This document shows, in pieces, positions 1-12,400 of a DNA stretch of 64,000 bases. Numbering within the stretch: position 1 is the first letter of the stretch; each line of letters opens with the position of its first letter. The DNA is from Phoronis australis (Eukaryota > Animalia > Phoronida), in NCBI GenBank assembly GCA_002633005.1, contig NMRA01000140.1, positions 558,001-622,000 of the forward strand. Reading direction: 5' to 3'. The notes beneath the pieces were generated by a model that was given only the letters and a program-made list of their open reading frames with translations, did not search any database and had not been told where the DNA came from. Position numbers and translations under genes: made by a program.

Positions 1-987
1 CGATAACATGCAACCTTCCCAAGAAATTATCGTTACCTTATTTAGCCAAACGTTTTTCTAAAAAGTTCAATCTGTCTCAAGAGGTTTGCTTGAGTGACTA
101 GTCTCGCTGGCATTCAGCAACTCACAATTAAAAACACAAATAATGACCATTGGGGGCGTGGTAATCGCTGAGGGGGCATTTAAATTGATCCAGTTTATTC
201 CCATAAGAAAACACTGTGGAAAAAATATCTTAATACTTGTAACACAAAAAATATGGTAATATTCATTACAAAAATCCATACAGATGTCAGTCAATGTATG
301 TTTCATTCAAAGAATCTGAAAGTGAAAAAATATTAGTTTACAACAACGGATGTCTGTGACTTTAGAAAGCCACAGACACTGAGTTTAGAAATACAATTTT
401 TAATTTCATATTAAATATGATATGCGTAAGAAATGAAGTAACAGCAACCATAAAAAGAACCAACAATTGTGGCAGTCTCATCATCACTTGACAAAGCTTA
501 ATGTCTGATATCAAAATTGAAAATGGTGCTACGTGTACGTTTCCATCTACCTTATTCCCATTTATGACAGCTCTACTGGTCTAATCGGCCTTTCCTTCAT
601 TAAGGGATCAGAAGCTACATTTTTTTGTAAAATGAGAACTATTAAGGCTACAGTCTACACCACCAACTGCAAAATCGGCTTGAACAAATCAATCATAATT
701 TTTCCACACAGTGAAACTAATGTTAGTTGCCAGGGAAAGCACACTCAAACCGCATAACACCTACACAATGTCATTCATTTTTGAAAATTTCGCTATTAAA
801 TGACAAGGATTATACATCAACTGTCAATTCCTCGTGATTTCCAGTTCCTGAAAATAATCCAAGAAGAATTTCACCCCTCCACAACATATGCAATTCACTA
901 GCATGTGATTAACAGTCAATTGTGAATATTCAGCCAGTGTTTGATCTGTCTCTCCTCGTCTCCCTTATCCTCTCTCACTCGCCCTAC

Positions 988-1095
988 CTGTAGTGGAGCC
1001 CTGAACTTCAGATCCTCAGCGTAGGCACACAGTATATCCCAGTGAGCAGACAGTTTGACGTAGTAGGTCATCTTCTTGTCACTCTGAACAATGTC
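988..1095 (-). CDS. Anoctamin (TMEM16, ANO7-like) internal exon, N-terminal cytoplasmic/dimerisation region; gene continues beyond the left edge of the window
   Basis: Minus-strand tacag| ... |gtaggg boundaries, phase 0-0; encodes DIVQSDKKMTYYVKLSAHWDILCAYAEDLKFRAPLQ, resembling the anoctamin motif (ANO7 ...SASWAVLCYYAEDLRLKLPLQ). Confidence 0.9.
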
Positions 1096-1165
1096 CTGTA
1101 ATACATACAATATTGCAGAGTAAACCTGAAGATACTGCCAGTGGCAAACGTGAAAAAAATAAAAT

Positions 1166-1181
1166 TGCCACTAGGTGGCAC
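1166..1181 (+). promoter_or_regulatory. CTCF-like motif in anoctamin intron
   Basis: TGCCACTAGGTGGCAC matches the CTCF core CC[AG]CNAG[AG]TGGC; motif match only. Confidence 0.4.
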
Positions 1182-2685
1182 ACATCACACAGGTTGTTGA
1201 ATCCATCCGAACATTCGGTTGTGTCGTCCCATCGATGATAGGAACATGTCTGCGAAATTTCATGACCACTGTTTCATGTACAGCAGCAGACAGACGGCAG
1301 CGACAGCAGAATGCATTCACATAATTAATTATGTAATATATGATATATAATGTGCATAAAAGACTTGACTGCGATGTTGGACACTGAGATTCTTCAGTTT
1401 CCGCCACTCTCTTCACTTACAGGTTTAGTTTTTGACCATAATTTAAGAACAATTAACGAAACAATGAAATGCAAAAAATAATGTTCATTGCTAACTTCAA
1501 TTTCAAAATTGAAACTTATCAGAAGTTGATTCTGTTTGATTAGGTGTGCCTCATTTTTATTCATCCATTTAATATACATAATGTGCATTTCGCAATTATG
1601 AATACAAGACCTACACATTTTTTTAAAAAAAGATTATTTCTGTCCTTTAACAGACTGATTTTTTAAAGAAAAAATAACAAAAGGTGATATTTCAATCAAA
1701 AAAAGAAGTATGGACAAGAATCAAACATGTTTACATTTCAGCACCAAGATCCTCATTTTCATAACTATCAAGTCATACCTGTTTTTGAAAAGTTACGACA
1801 GTGAACACCTAATTCTATAAATTAGAAAACAAACAGATGTTAAATACACTACTTGGGAATGTACAAAATTCTATCTATAGGTAGAACAAATTTTCCTGAA
1901 AAATTCCACGACTTTTCAGAAAAAATCAAAATTATTTCGACGTGGCACTATCTTATATTTCAGTCCCTGGCAACGTATCTTTTGAATGTTCAGGCCATCT
2001 GCAGGCATTACGAACCACTAGGCAGACATCCGCACTTATCAACAATATATTATTTAAATTGATGCACGTCTCAATAATTTCCCTGCTACTGATTAAGGTT
2101 AATGCGAGGTAGGACAGCCAAGCTAATATCAATTATCTCTACAAGAGCGCTATCTCATCATCAACTCAGAATATCAGGAAATAGCAGATTTTTGTTTCGT
2201 AACGTATTTAGAAATTCTGCATGCCAGGTAATTGATATGGAGAAAAATCGGGCACAACTGCATTTTGTAAAATGAGTCACGGACATAATGCAAAATGTCT
2301 GCTGGTATTGTGATTTCACCAATGGTAAAAATGACAAAATTCTGAAAAATGATAACCAACAACACCTACATGTTAACTCAATACAAGGTCAATGACCCTT
2401 AGTTCCATTTTGTACAATGACAAGCACACTGCAGAATACTCCATAATCTACTGCACTTGGATTAATTGCAGAAGGTTACAATGCTAAAAATTCATCATGC
2501 AACGACATTCCGTTTGTTATTTATAAAAACAACAGTTTTGTGTTCGATTGGTTTGCGCATAATGCTCTTAAATGACCTTCACAACCTGCTGGTAGAAATT
2601 TCTCCTCAAATCACTAAAATAATTACCAAAAATACCCCTTTTTCATTTTCAAGAGGTTCCAACGTTGTTGCGAATGCTCATTATT

Positions 2686-2800
2686 TTCAAAACATTATCT
2701 GGTGGTGGGTAGCGTACAAAACTTGATCATGGAAAATCACCTAATTTGGCGCTACACACATCACAAAAAACTTTCACATGCCACCATATTGTGGCCGAGA
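2686..2800. repeat. Dispersed repeat fragment, related copy at ~8240-8375
   Basis: Shared tttcaaaacatt(a/g)tctggt...aacttga(t/a)catg...ttt.acatg...ccatattgtggc blocks in the same order at both sites. Confidence 0.55.
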
Positions 2801-5082
2801 TTGGCGACATTTCATGGTACTCCACTTCCAGCTAACGAATTCACTTAGTTATTTTGATTTTAATGGGGGTTTCATGCTGGTGACCAGGAACATGTACCGC
2901 GCTTGAAGAGTTAGAACAACAGTAGGGGTAGCACAATAGGTCTTATCAAAGCATACACACACACACATGGCTTATTGATTTCACCGGTTCTGAGTTCATT
3001 AAAACCAATGACAGATGATGGATAGGGCTTACTGATTCTGCCACCAACAGACGCCCTGATGACAGCACTTAATAATATCACAATATCAAATTTTTCCAAC
3101 CAGCTCCCGTACATTTTTAGGGTATTTGAGCATTAGTCATTTAATACCAAGAATAATTTTCTACAAAACTACAAGTCAGCATTCTCAATTCCAACAATAT
3201 TACCAGTTTGAGGATGTTTGAACGTGTCAATACATGATATTCACAGCCAGCCGGCATAGTAGAAAAATTCAAAATGCCATAACTGACAAGTGAATAGCAT
3301 GCTAACACACATCAAATATCAGTTTGCAAGTTTTTCACATCTTTCCAGAATTTCTGTGCCAGTTGTTTTCAATTTCTTTCCTCTGTGTCCGATACAAGAT
3401 CCAGGAATAAATCTTAATTGTTGTGTGTTAGCGTGTCCATGCTTTCTTCCTTTTTACAAAGACTACGGGCTGCCAATACAAGAGTGCGTGACATTCTGAA
3501 CATGTGAGAGGACTCTGACGAAGTTAGAATGGGAAGAAGCCGTGACTGTAGTCTTCAGTAGCACATCTTACATTACAAAACACATATTAAGCAAGTATGA
3601 GGACATTTGATAGACTTATTTAATGCTCAAAACAATAACTGATTCCTTATTAGGTTTTTCTCTCTACTTTAAAAATGTACTATAAACAACTACGGTGAAA
3701 ACTGCCATGTCATAAATTGTATTTTCGAATGTATAGAGGTTCTGTGCTGCTATTGACCATCACAAATGCTTTCCGTTTGGAATTGTGACTGTCAGTATTC
3801 TAAATAAATACATTTTTTCCTGTAAGCATCTTGTATGTATATGAAATAGTTATCATTGGTCACCAGGCACTAGCGGTTTATACCTTTGTTGGTAACCAAA
3901 TCAGATTATACAAAGTATGCCAATTATTAAGAAATATGTACACACATGATAGTAGGCATCATTATATTCTTGTTTGTATGTACACACTTTCATATTCATT
4001 CTTTCATATTGTATATTTGTATTGTATATTTGTATCTGATTAAATAAGCTGTTCTCTCCCTCTCCTTCTCTCTCTCTCAACATTCATAACTCACTGGCAT
4101 ACATATTTACAGACAAATCAAATAGCACTCTAAGGACAATTGATTACGATAGCTCCTAGTCCTAAACATTCACTTGATGTCATGAGTTCTAATAGCAAGT
4201 TAACAGGAGCATTATAATTATTAGATGCCATCAATCAACACACGCATGTGACATAAGTTATTCTTTATCAACATTCATTTGCCATGGTTCATGCAGGCTC
4301 GGAATGACCAATGACGAAAAAAGAGAGGAAAACTTTCCAGGAGATGTATCATTACACAAACAGGCTTATATGACAGAAATGTTTTTGTGTTGTAAAATTT
4401 AACTGAGATAAACGTTTTTGTATGAATAATGTGAAAAATGATGAAAAAGAGACAAAAAAGAGAAAACTGGTCTATGTAAAAGGAAAACGAAACCAAAAAA
4501 GTGGAAATACTCTTAAAAGAGGAAAATTCCAATCCTGAAAGTCAATTCTAGTTTTGTGGACATTGGGTCAAAATTGGACAGGAACAATAATTATTTCAAT
4601 GGACATGGGTACTGAAAATGGCTAATGGAGAAAGACACAGTACCAAATCACACACAGATCTGCCAAACGGAACATTGAAGGGACTGCTTGCAATTTTTTA
4701 ACAATAAAAATGAAAATCAGAAAATAGAAAATTGTCATCTTGCCACAAGTAATGACTTCTTTATTACCTTGCCTTTGTGTGGTGAATGGCAAAATCTCAC
4801 CAATTTAGTTCAAAGTACGGTAGACAAGTGAAAATTAATTTTCTCATACGTAGCACCAAATGGAAGTTTTTCAATGTTCAAGCTGTTTCACAGCTCCAGA
4901 CAACATTAATTTGAGAATTTATGGGAACACGTGGCAATGCTAGAAGCCTTTGGAAAATGAAATGGCGATTAGTTTTGTCCGAATTTATTGAGGTTATACC
5001 TTAACTTGCAATAGGGCAACTGGCAGACTGAACTCAAACAATACCACAGGAACAGGTTTGCAGTTAGATAGTGCCAACTCAC

Positions 5083-5252
5083 CTCTTCAACATCTAGCCC
5101 GATTCTCTTCAAGTTGCGCATGTACTTTGTCCGCCATTTCTGAGTCTTCTCTTCCGACGTGAGCTCTGAGGTTGGCTTCGACTTTAGTTTGCCCCCCTCG
5201 GCTGTGGGAGACGGCTTCTTGTCTGTGCTCTCCTCATACACCAGAACAAAAT
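5083..5252 (-). CDS. Anoctamin exon (DFVLVY...WRTKYMRNLKRIGLDVEE)
   Basis: ctctag| acceptor (phase 1) and |gtgagt donor (phase 0); D-FVLVY and R..Y..NL...GL.VE are anoctamin N-terminal hallmarks; phases match both neighbouring exons. Confidence 0.9.
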
Positions 5253-5477
5253 CTAGAGAATAAGAACCGCGTACGTCATCAACAGAAGTTCAACAATCAT
5301 TCTATGATATCTCATAGTGAAATCAATTTCAGAGGAATAAATTTATACATTCAAAGAATACTGAAAAACAAGACAGTTAATCTAAAAATATATGAATCTT
5401 GAATTGGAGAGGAAATGTGTGTCCAAGGGCGAGATGCCCACTACGAAGTTTGATTGAACATCTGTATTCAATTGGTG

Positions 5478-5640
5478 GCCCCCAATGACTCAGTGGACTA
5501 GAGCGTCTTCATGGTTAGCACAAGGTCCGGGTTTGAAACCTGGTTGGGGGAGAAATCTTTCCAGAGGTTAGAGTAAGGTTGAACTTTAGTGTAAATAGTC
5601 CACTACATCATCACCTAAAAGTGGTTTTATGAAATTATTC
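5478..5640 (+). mobile_element. tRNA-derived SINE head or tRNA pseudogene with short tail
   Basis: 5478-5550 has box A (TGACTCAGTGG), box B (GGTTTGAAACC) at tRNA spacing and a CCCCCAA/TTGGGGG acceptor-like stem; the anticodon arm does not pair properly. The 3' end is approximate. Confidence 0.6.
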
Positions 5641-6203
5641 TTTTCAGTTAGAACATACTTGGACGTGTTTTTCTACTTTATCCAAGCCGTCTCGTACTTG
5701 AGCAATGTCTTCTTACATTTTATATCTCAATGGTTAAACTACCTAAATGTAAACAACTGCCAATATGGAATTTCTAATTCCAAGGCTTGCACTGACAAAA
5801 ACACTACTTGCCTACAAAGAATATACTGCCTACCATATACACGTAACATGCACATTAAGTTCCATATCAAAAATTCAATCCTAGTCAAAGTTTCACCTAA
5901 TTTTTTATATTCTCACCACAACTCGTCCATAGAATATATTTCTAAGGTTGTACGCACTTAGTTCCACAACAAGGATTCCATCTTAGTCACGTTTCACATG
6001 AATAACATTCTCATCACTGCTTCTCTGTACTAGGATACATTCCCAAGAGTACATAGTATAATTTCTAATAAAACATCACTGTCCCAAATTTTAGAGACCA
6101 TCCCAAATTGGAGATCGAATTTTTACATAACTATACCATGCACTTAGTTCCACAACAAGGATTCAATCCTCTTCACATTCATCATGATACAGAATATTCT
6201 TAC

Positions 6204-6297
6204 CCACTTTCTTTTTTCCATCATTAAAGTAGAGTGCTTTGTTGTCCACCATGTCGTAACGAACTTTACCATCATTGAGGCTAGGATAGGAGGGACT
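6204..6297 (-). CDS. Anoctamin exon (SPSYPSLNDGKVRYDMVDNKALYFNDGKKKV-D), not in the supplied ORF track
   Basis: tttcag| acceptor (phase 0), |gtaag donor (phase 1); splicing to 5252 creates YFNDGKKKVDFVLVY, the anoctamin 'F.DG.R.IDFVLVY' motif. Confidence 0.88.
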
Positions 6298-6994
6298 CTG
6301 AAATGATGACAACACTCACATCATACAACCGCCTACAGGCCACCAGGATTTAAATCTCAAATACAAATCTCTTTTTCTTTGATATTACTGTCACGTTAAT
6401 AGCAAATTATTAACCAATTGAACTTAAAATAATAGTTTTTCATTGATTGGTATCAAAACAACTAAACTCCCTAGTCCCTTCATGTATTGCTCTTAACAAA
6501 CCTTTTCTACGCTTAACACATCATCAGCTCATCTCAAATCCTCCATGAGAACAAAAAACGTAGACAAACCCAAAAAATATATGAATAAGAAATTAAAAGG
6601 ATACCAAACCGGGTTTTGAACTAGTAACAGATTAAAAATGACTTCTAGCCGATTATCCGATACAGAATAATGCTCTGTAACCCCCTACAACCCACAAGTT
6701 TGGAGGAAAATTTGAAAACTCCTTTCAAAGTCTGTTGAATGGGCAAGCGTGACCAACACTTTGACGAGTGAAGTACATGGCACCTGTGGCAAAAGAACAC
6801 CCACCAATAACAATGATATGCAATCTGTGACACAGGGAGATTCTTTAGTTGATTCTTACTTTCATACAAGACTGACACAGGTGACAGAACGAGAAGCGGT
6901 TCAAACCGGGTTTAGTATCCCGTTAAGCCTACCTAAACCATTAAGATGTAACATTTCACATTTATAAAGGTCAAGATATCGTCCACATCATTAC

Positions 6995-7483
6995 CACTTG
7001 ATCGTCTTCCCAAGTCACTTTCCGCCTAGTACCTCTCACTGGTTTAAGAAGAATCGTACGTTCATTGTATACACCTTCATACTGTGGCTCTCCTCTCCTA
7101 TTATAATCACTTCCATGATAACTCCGGCCAGGTAAAACACTGTTCGAATAACCGTAATCATAATTTTGACTGCTTTGACTAGATGACCTAGAGTCATAAC
7201 CGGAACTTGCACTTCGTTTGCCTGGACTTCGACTCTGTGAAAGACTCGAGTCAAAGCCAACACTCTGAATATGTCTATCATGCATTTTCTGTATTGTCTT
7301 GAAGTTTTGTCTGGCACGGAATTCATAGTCACTATACTGACGATGAAGTCCACCAAATGCACCAGGACTATCAACAGTTTCTCTAGTCTGGACAGAGTCA
7401 CGGCTTTTGCGACCATCCTCAGGACCAAACAACGGCTGCTGTTGGTGGTCAGACTTTAGACTTCGACCTTCCTTGGACTCCAT
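6995..7483 (-). CDS. Candidate proximal first coding exon of anoctamin (163 aa, Ser/Tyr-rich, probably disordered)
   Basis: ATG-initiated open frame ending GTG|gtaatg in phase 0, compatible with the acceptor at 6297; coding-like composition within AT-rich surroundings. Confidence 0.65.
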
Positions 7484-9189
7484 CTTTAGAGCAAACTTTC
7501 AAGTCTTGAATGCCAAGAGAATAGGCAAGGTAAGATACATGAGACCGAAGAACCTCCCAAGATAAATCAGTAACAGTAGAGGACAACCTTATTCAGCCAT
7601 TACTCTCCACAAACAAACACTGTGCAAACAGTAGGACCATGGGACAACTGTGTTGAGCAAACACAGTAAACATCTTGGTCTCACAAACTAAACAGAAGAA
7701 CTGTTCAGGTCACACAACAAAACAAAACAAAACAAACACTCTTGTGAAACACACCAGATCTTGACAACCTAATGAGTGTATAGGGCTTCCTACAAGCAGC
7801 TCAAAATATTGGCCAGGTACTCAAGGTAAACAAAGGTCCTGCCTATTACCTGAGATGGGTTGTTAAGAATGACATACAGTACGTAATTATTAAGCACGAT
7901 CTCTAAACTTGAGCAATTTTATGAGGCTCACCCCTAGCAGACCAGGATTCACCTTTTATTCAAACTCATTAAGTCAGAATTATGGATCAAGAACATGGCA
8001 TAAAGCTCAAGTTAGATAATTTGCAAGAAAATTCATCCATATTATCAGTACTTATAATTAGCTGCAAGCTTGAAACATGCATAGCAAGTCCACATATACT
8101 ATCATAATGCAACTTTTGAATTTGTCAACATCACTCTATTCTCATTTTCATCTTACTCAAAATACAGAAAATCTTATAAATAAAATTGCACTTTTCTGAG
8201 TATTAAAGGACGGCCAACAATGTTTTGAATGCCCATATCATTTCAAAACATTGTCTGGTAGTGGCGATAATACGGAACTTGAACATGAGAAAGCGTTAAT
8301 TCCTTACCGTCATCTTTCATGAAAAAATGAGAAAATAAAATTTTACATGTTATAGCCATATTGTGGCAGAATCCGCATGTAGCTCCGGGTAAAAGGTCAT
8401 CAGATCAAAGAACATGAATAAAAGCATGAGCAACCAGTTGAAAGGGTTGCTTATAAGGGTAGTTTATTAGTATTGCGCAATATAAGTACACTAATTGGAC
8501 CCTCATGATATCAAAGCTGAAAACTGAGTGGTGCTGCGGCATTCCAGTCATACACCTCTCAGTCGACGTCCATAAAAAATCCGCCATATTCACATTAATG
8601 AATCAACAAGTACAAAATTATTAATATTTAAGAAGCCCAAGAGAGGGAGCTACAGCAGTCCATTTGATCTTATTATCAACTGGTGCCAGTGCAACCCAAC
8701 CATGAGCAGTGTTGAGTTTCATCGTCAAACTCTGTTGTCAAACTGTTACAATAATTAACGGAAAACCAATATCTTGTGAAACACAAATGGCCAACAGGGG
8801 ATGCTACAGTAGACGAATCTTCCTGAAATAGCATAGCGCCAACACATGCCCATCATAAATCTTTGTGTCAATCTCCATCAAAATCAGCCAACCTGTTCTG
8901 ACAAATGAATGAACAAGTAATTAAAGTTCTGATAAAAACTACAAGAGTAGCGCAGAGCGTTGAAATGCGCCCATGAATGCACTGCAAATGGTGTGCTTCC
9001 AGGGTGTTTACTAGTATCATAAAAATGGCCAACGGATGGTGCAAAACGGATAAGTGCTACTGTTTTTTAACAGAAAGCTTTTTGCATATCATTAAAATCC
9101 ATCAAGGAACTTTAGAGAAACAAACCGAAACACTAGGGGGCAAAGCATTTGTCGGATCCGTACGAAAATTTCTGTCTTCCGTTGTCAAC

Positions 9190-9420
9190 TTCATATAAAT
9201 ACACTTACTAAATTTAATAAAGATCCTCCAGAGGGCTTAGGAGATACAGCTAAGGGCACAAAAAACTGACACTAAGAGGCGCCACAGTAACTGAAGTCGG
9301 AAAATCATCGACAACCGTCCTCTTCACACTGAGTTGAGTTTCTGCAAAACTTGTCAAGTTGTTTCAGCAAAACTCAACAACAGACAGAGGGACCAGATGC
9401 TGACTATGATATGTGAGGAT
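9190..9420. repeat. Interspersed repeat family member (related to 61060-61840)
   Basis: aaattt.ataaagatcctcca...taggagatacagc and gccacagta...gaaaatcatc blocks recur at 61390-61440 and 61730-61772. Confidence 0.55.
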
Positions 9421-12400
9421 ACTTTTTGTGGGCACATAAAACTGAGTCCACAATGTAACGCGAATACATCCCAATCTCAAAATGCAGCTTCTAACAAAGG
9501 TTTAGGTTAGGGCTAGTGGCACACTGCATTGATAGGTCTTGAATACAATATATTCACAAGATGTATGTCATTTTCATGCATCACAGTCCTTTCCACAGAA
9601 AACACTACACCTTTTCACATAATTATATGGTTACCTGTATAAACCCTTGGCTGGTGAGCAGATCATTTCAATAGATTTTTAGTATTTGGTAACAGGTGTG
9701 AACAAATGAACTGTCCCAGCATTTTGAACATCAACAGACAAGTACATGCACATGACATAGATCACAAGTAACATTGTACATAGCTACATGGCTAATTTTA
9801 GGATGCTGTATCTCAGAAATAGACGGATTAGTGGATTCATATCATGGACCTTTCTCGCGCTATATGCTTTGTGCCCTCAGCCTTACGGACCTCCATAAAC
9901 TATTAAGAAATCTTTTTGCAACAATTCACTTGAGCATGAGGGCAATCAAAATTATGATTTTTATGACAAATTCAAAATATGCATAAAACAAAAACATTTC
10001 ATGGAACCTTAACTGCGATTTTGAGATTTTATCTAAAACTTTTATATCAAAAGAAACTTGGTGATGTTATTCATGCTGTAACTGCTATCAATATTTTTTG
10101 ATAAAGTTATTAACAAGACATGGTCATATTGGCAGATTGGCAAAAACTAAAAAAATCATCAAATTTTCTACTTTCAGAAAATCTATACTTTTACCAAATT
10201 AAATTCTATAGTCTTCTAAATAGCTGGTTGAATGCATGGCAACATTAGTCAATAAGGTCCTCCATAACCTTAAACACAGTAATCTGTTCAAAATTAATAT
10301 CTACAGTAGTTGCAATACTTTTACAAGAAAATCAATAAGTCAGATTATTCATAATGTATGGTGCATCGACATTCCACAGTTCATTGAATATTTTTTTCTT
10401 AATAACAAATAATTTACAGTACACTATTCTGACCACAATCACACAATCACCCACTAACTTCTTTATAAAAACAGCAATTTTGATGATTGCTAATATTCAA
10501 CCTATAAGTACTGTACGAATGTCAGGTGTTTTTAATGCCATGAACATTATATTGTTGTGATGGACCCTTTGGGGGTTGGCAGGCGGGTAACTCTGGACAG
10601 TCAGAAAACCTCGCTCGATTACTCTTTATTGTATTTCAGAGGGAGTAAATATAAATAGGTAAATAAAACAACAAGAATGGATCAACTGTCAACAGAAACA
10701 GAAATAAAGTAAAATCAAACACTATATGACAATTGACATTTAAGATATGGTGCAATGAATATGATACATTTTTGCGCAAAATAATATTGGTCACTGGCCC
10801 TGGTCACTGGACCTTCAAATTAAGTTTAATGTAAACTGTTTTCCTCTGGTACTCCTTGTGGTGGGCGTGTAGGCTAAATGTCATAGTTTCAAAATAAAAG
10901 AGTTGAGCCACCTATACATAAACAAGATCATCACATCAGGCTTATGCTTTCTGTCACAACTTCCTTAGGGCATTTTCCCCATTTAGACAGAGACATGGTA
11001 TTGACAGTATCCATTAAACCAATAAACGGACATCACTGCTGTGAATTAAAAGTTATACAGAACCCCAGAAAAAATTGGCGAAATTCGGAACATCACACAG
11101 CTCAGATATAGCTTTGGGGATTCAATGAATCTTCAGATACTTTGTTTAATGCACTGTTCTCAACAGTGCTGTTATGAACTGTTTTTTTGCATGCGGTGTT
11201 ATCAAAACATAGGACTTTGTTATTTATACAAAATAAATCAAAAATTGCATAAAACGAAATAATTATGTATTTAGAAAAATGAAACAGCATTTTTGAGGTT
11301 TCATCTTCATGAGCACTCATACCTACACCTAATAAAATTTGGTCTAGTTAATACTGTTATGGTATCAATGAATGTACCTTTCTTCTTTGGTAAATTTTAC
11401 TAAATAAAACAAGTCATGTGACCCAATTGATGATAGATAGTTAAAAAGTCAAAAATTTTATCGGTCTTCTTTTAGAAAATACATACTTTTTACCTAAATA
11501 AAATATGTAGTTTGGCCAATATGTGGCTAAATACACAAACTTGTCGATAAGGTCCTTTATATACCGAGATATAAGGTCACATATCATAACAAATGATAAA
11601 TAATATAGATAAGAAGTAGCATACACTGATACCCCAGAGGAGACGTGAAATTGTAAAGGTGGGTGACAACCTGCTACAGATGCAGGAGATAGACTGCATC
11701 TGTTCAAACATGGAGTGCTTCTCAGTTACATAGCACATATAAATAACCTCAACAACTTCTGTGAACAATTAGGAGCTGCTGCCAGGATATCCCAACAGAG
11801 AGAACAAAATACTAAAGAAATTATTTCACACAACTTTTGTGTGTACCAAGAGAAACAAATGTCAGACAAAATCACTCTACACTACAACCAATAGCAGATG
11901 AAAACTGATGGTGCTTATGAACCAGAAAGGAAAGGATACGTTTGTAAGCCATTAGCCACAGCATATAACATGCAATGAATAATTCAATGTTTGGTCTTGT
12001 AACCGCACATAACTTGCACATAAGCATGCAACGTTGTAAGATATTAACTTCAAGTCTGTGATGTGTGCTCAGCCGCATAGGCAGTGCACATTTTCACTTC
12101 ATGCATGAAACACCTCCTGCATAGCTTAGTTTCCGTTTAGGTATCCTGTCACATTCATGGTTGTAGAACAGCAAGACATCTACACTTCCCTTGAGACAAT
12201 CTCCTCTTTGCGTGATCTCAAACAACGGCAGAGAGCACTAAAAACATGTCATTTCTGTAAGAGCGACTGCTTCATAAGGACGTCACCACCAACAAAACTA
12301 TTTATTAACAATATCTAATATGCCACTCATAAAAAAACCATCCTGTAGTCACCCAACAAAAAATCACCGAACCATTAGCTAAGAAAAATATACCTTATCT

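Noticed and set aside
5478-5550. Functional tRNA gene
   Set aside because: The anticodon stem does not pair, the B box has TTTG instead of TTCG, and there is no immediate poly-T terminator.
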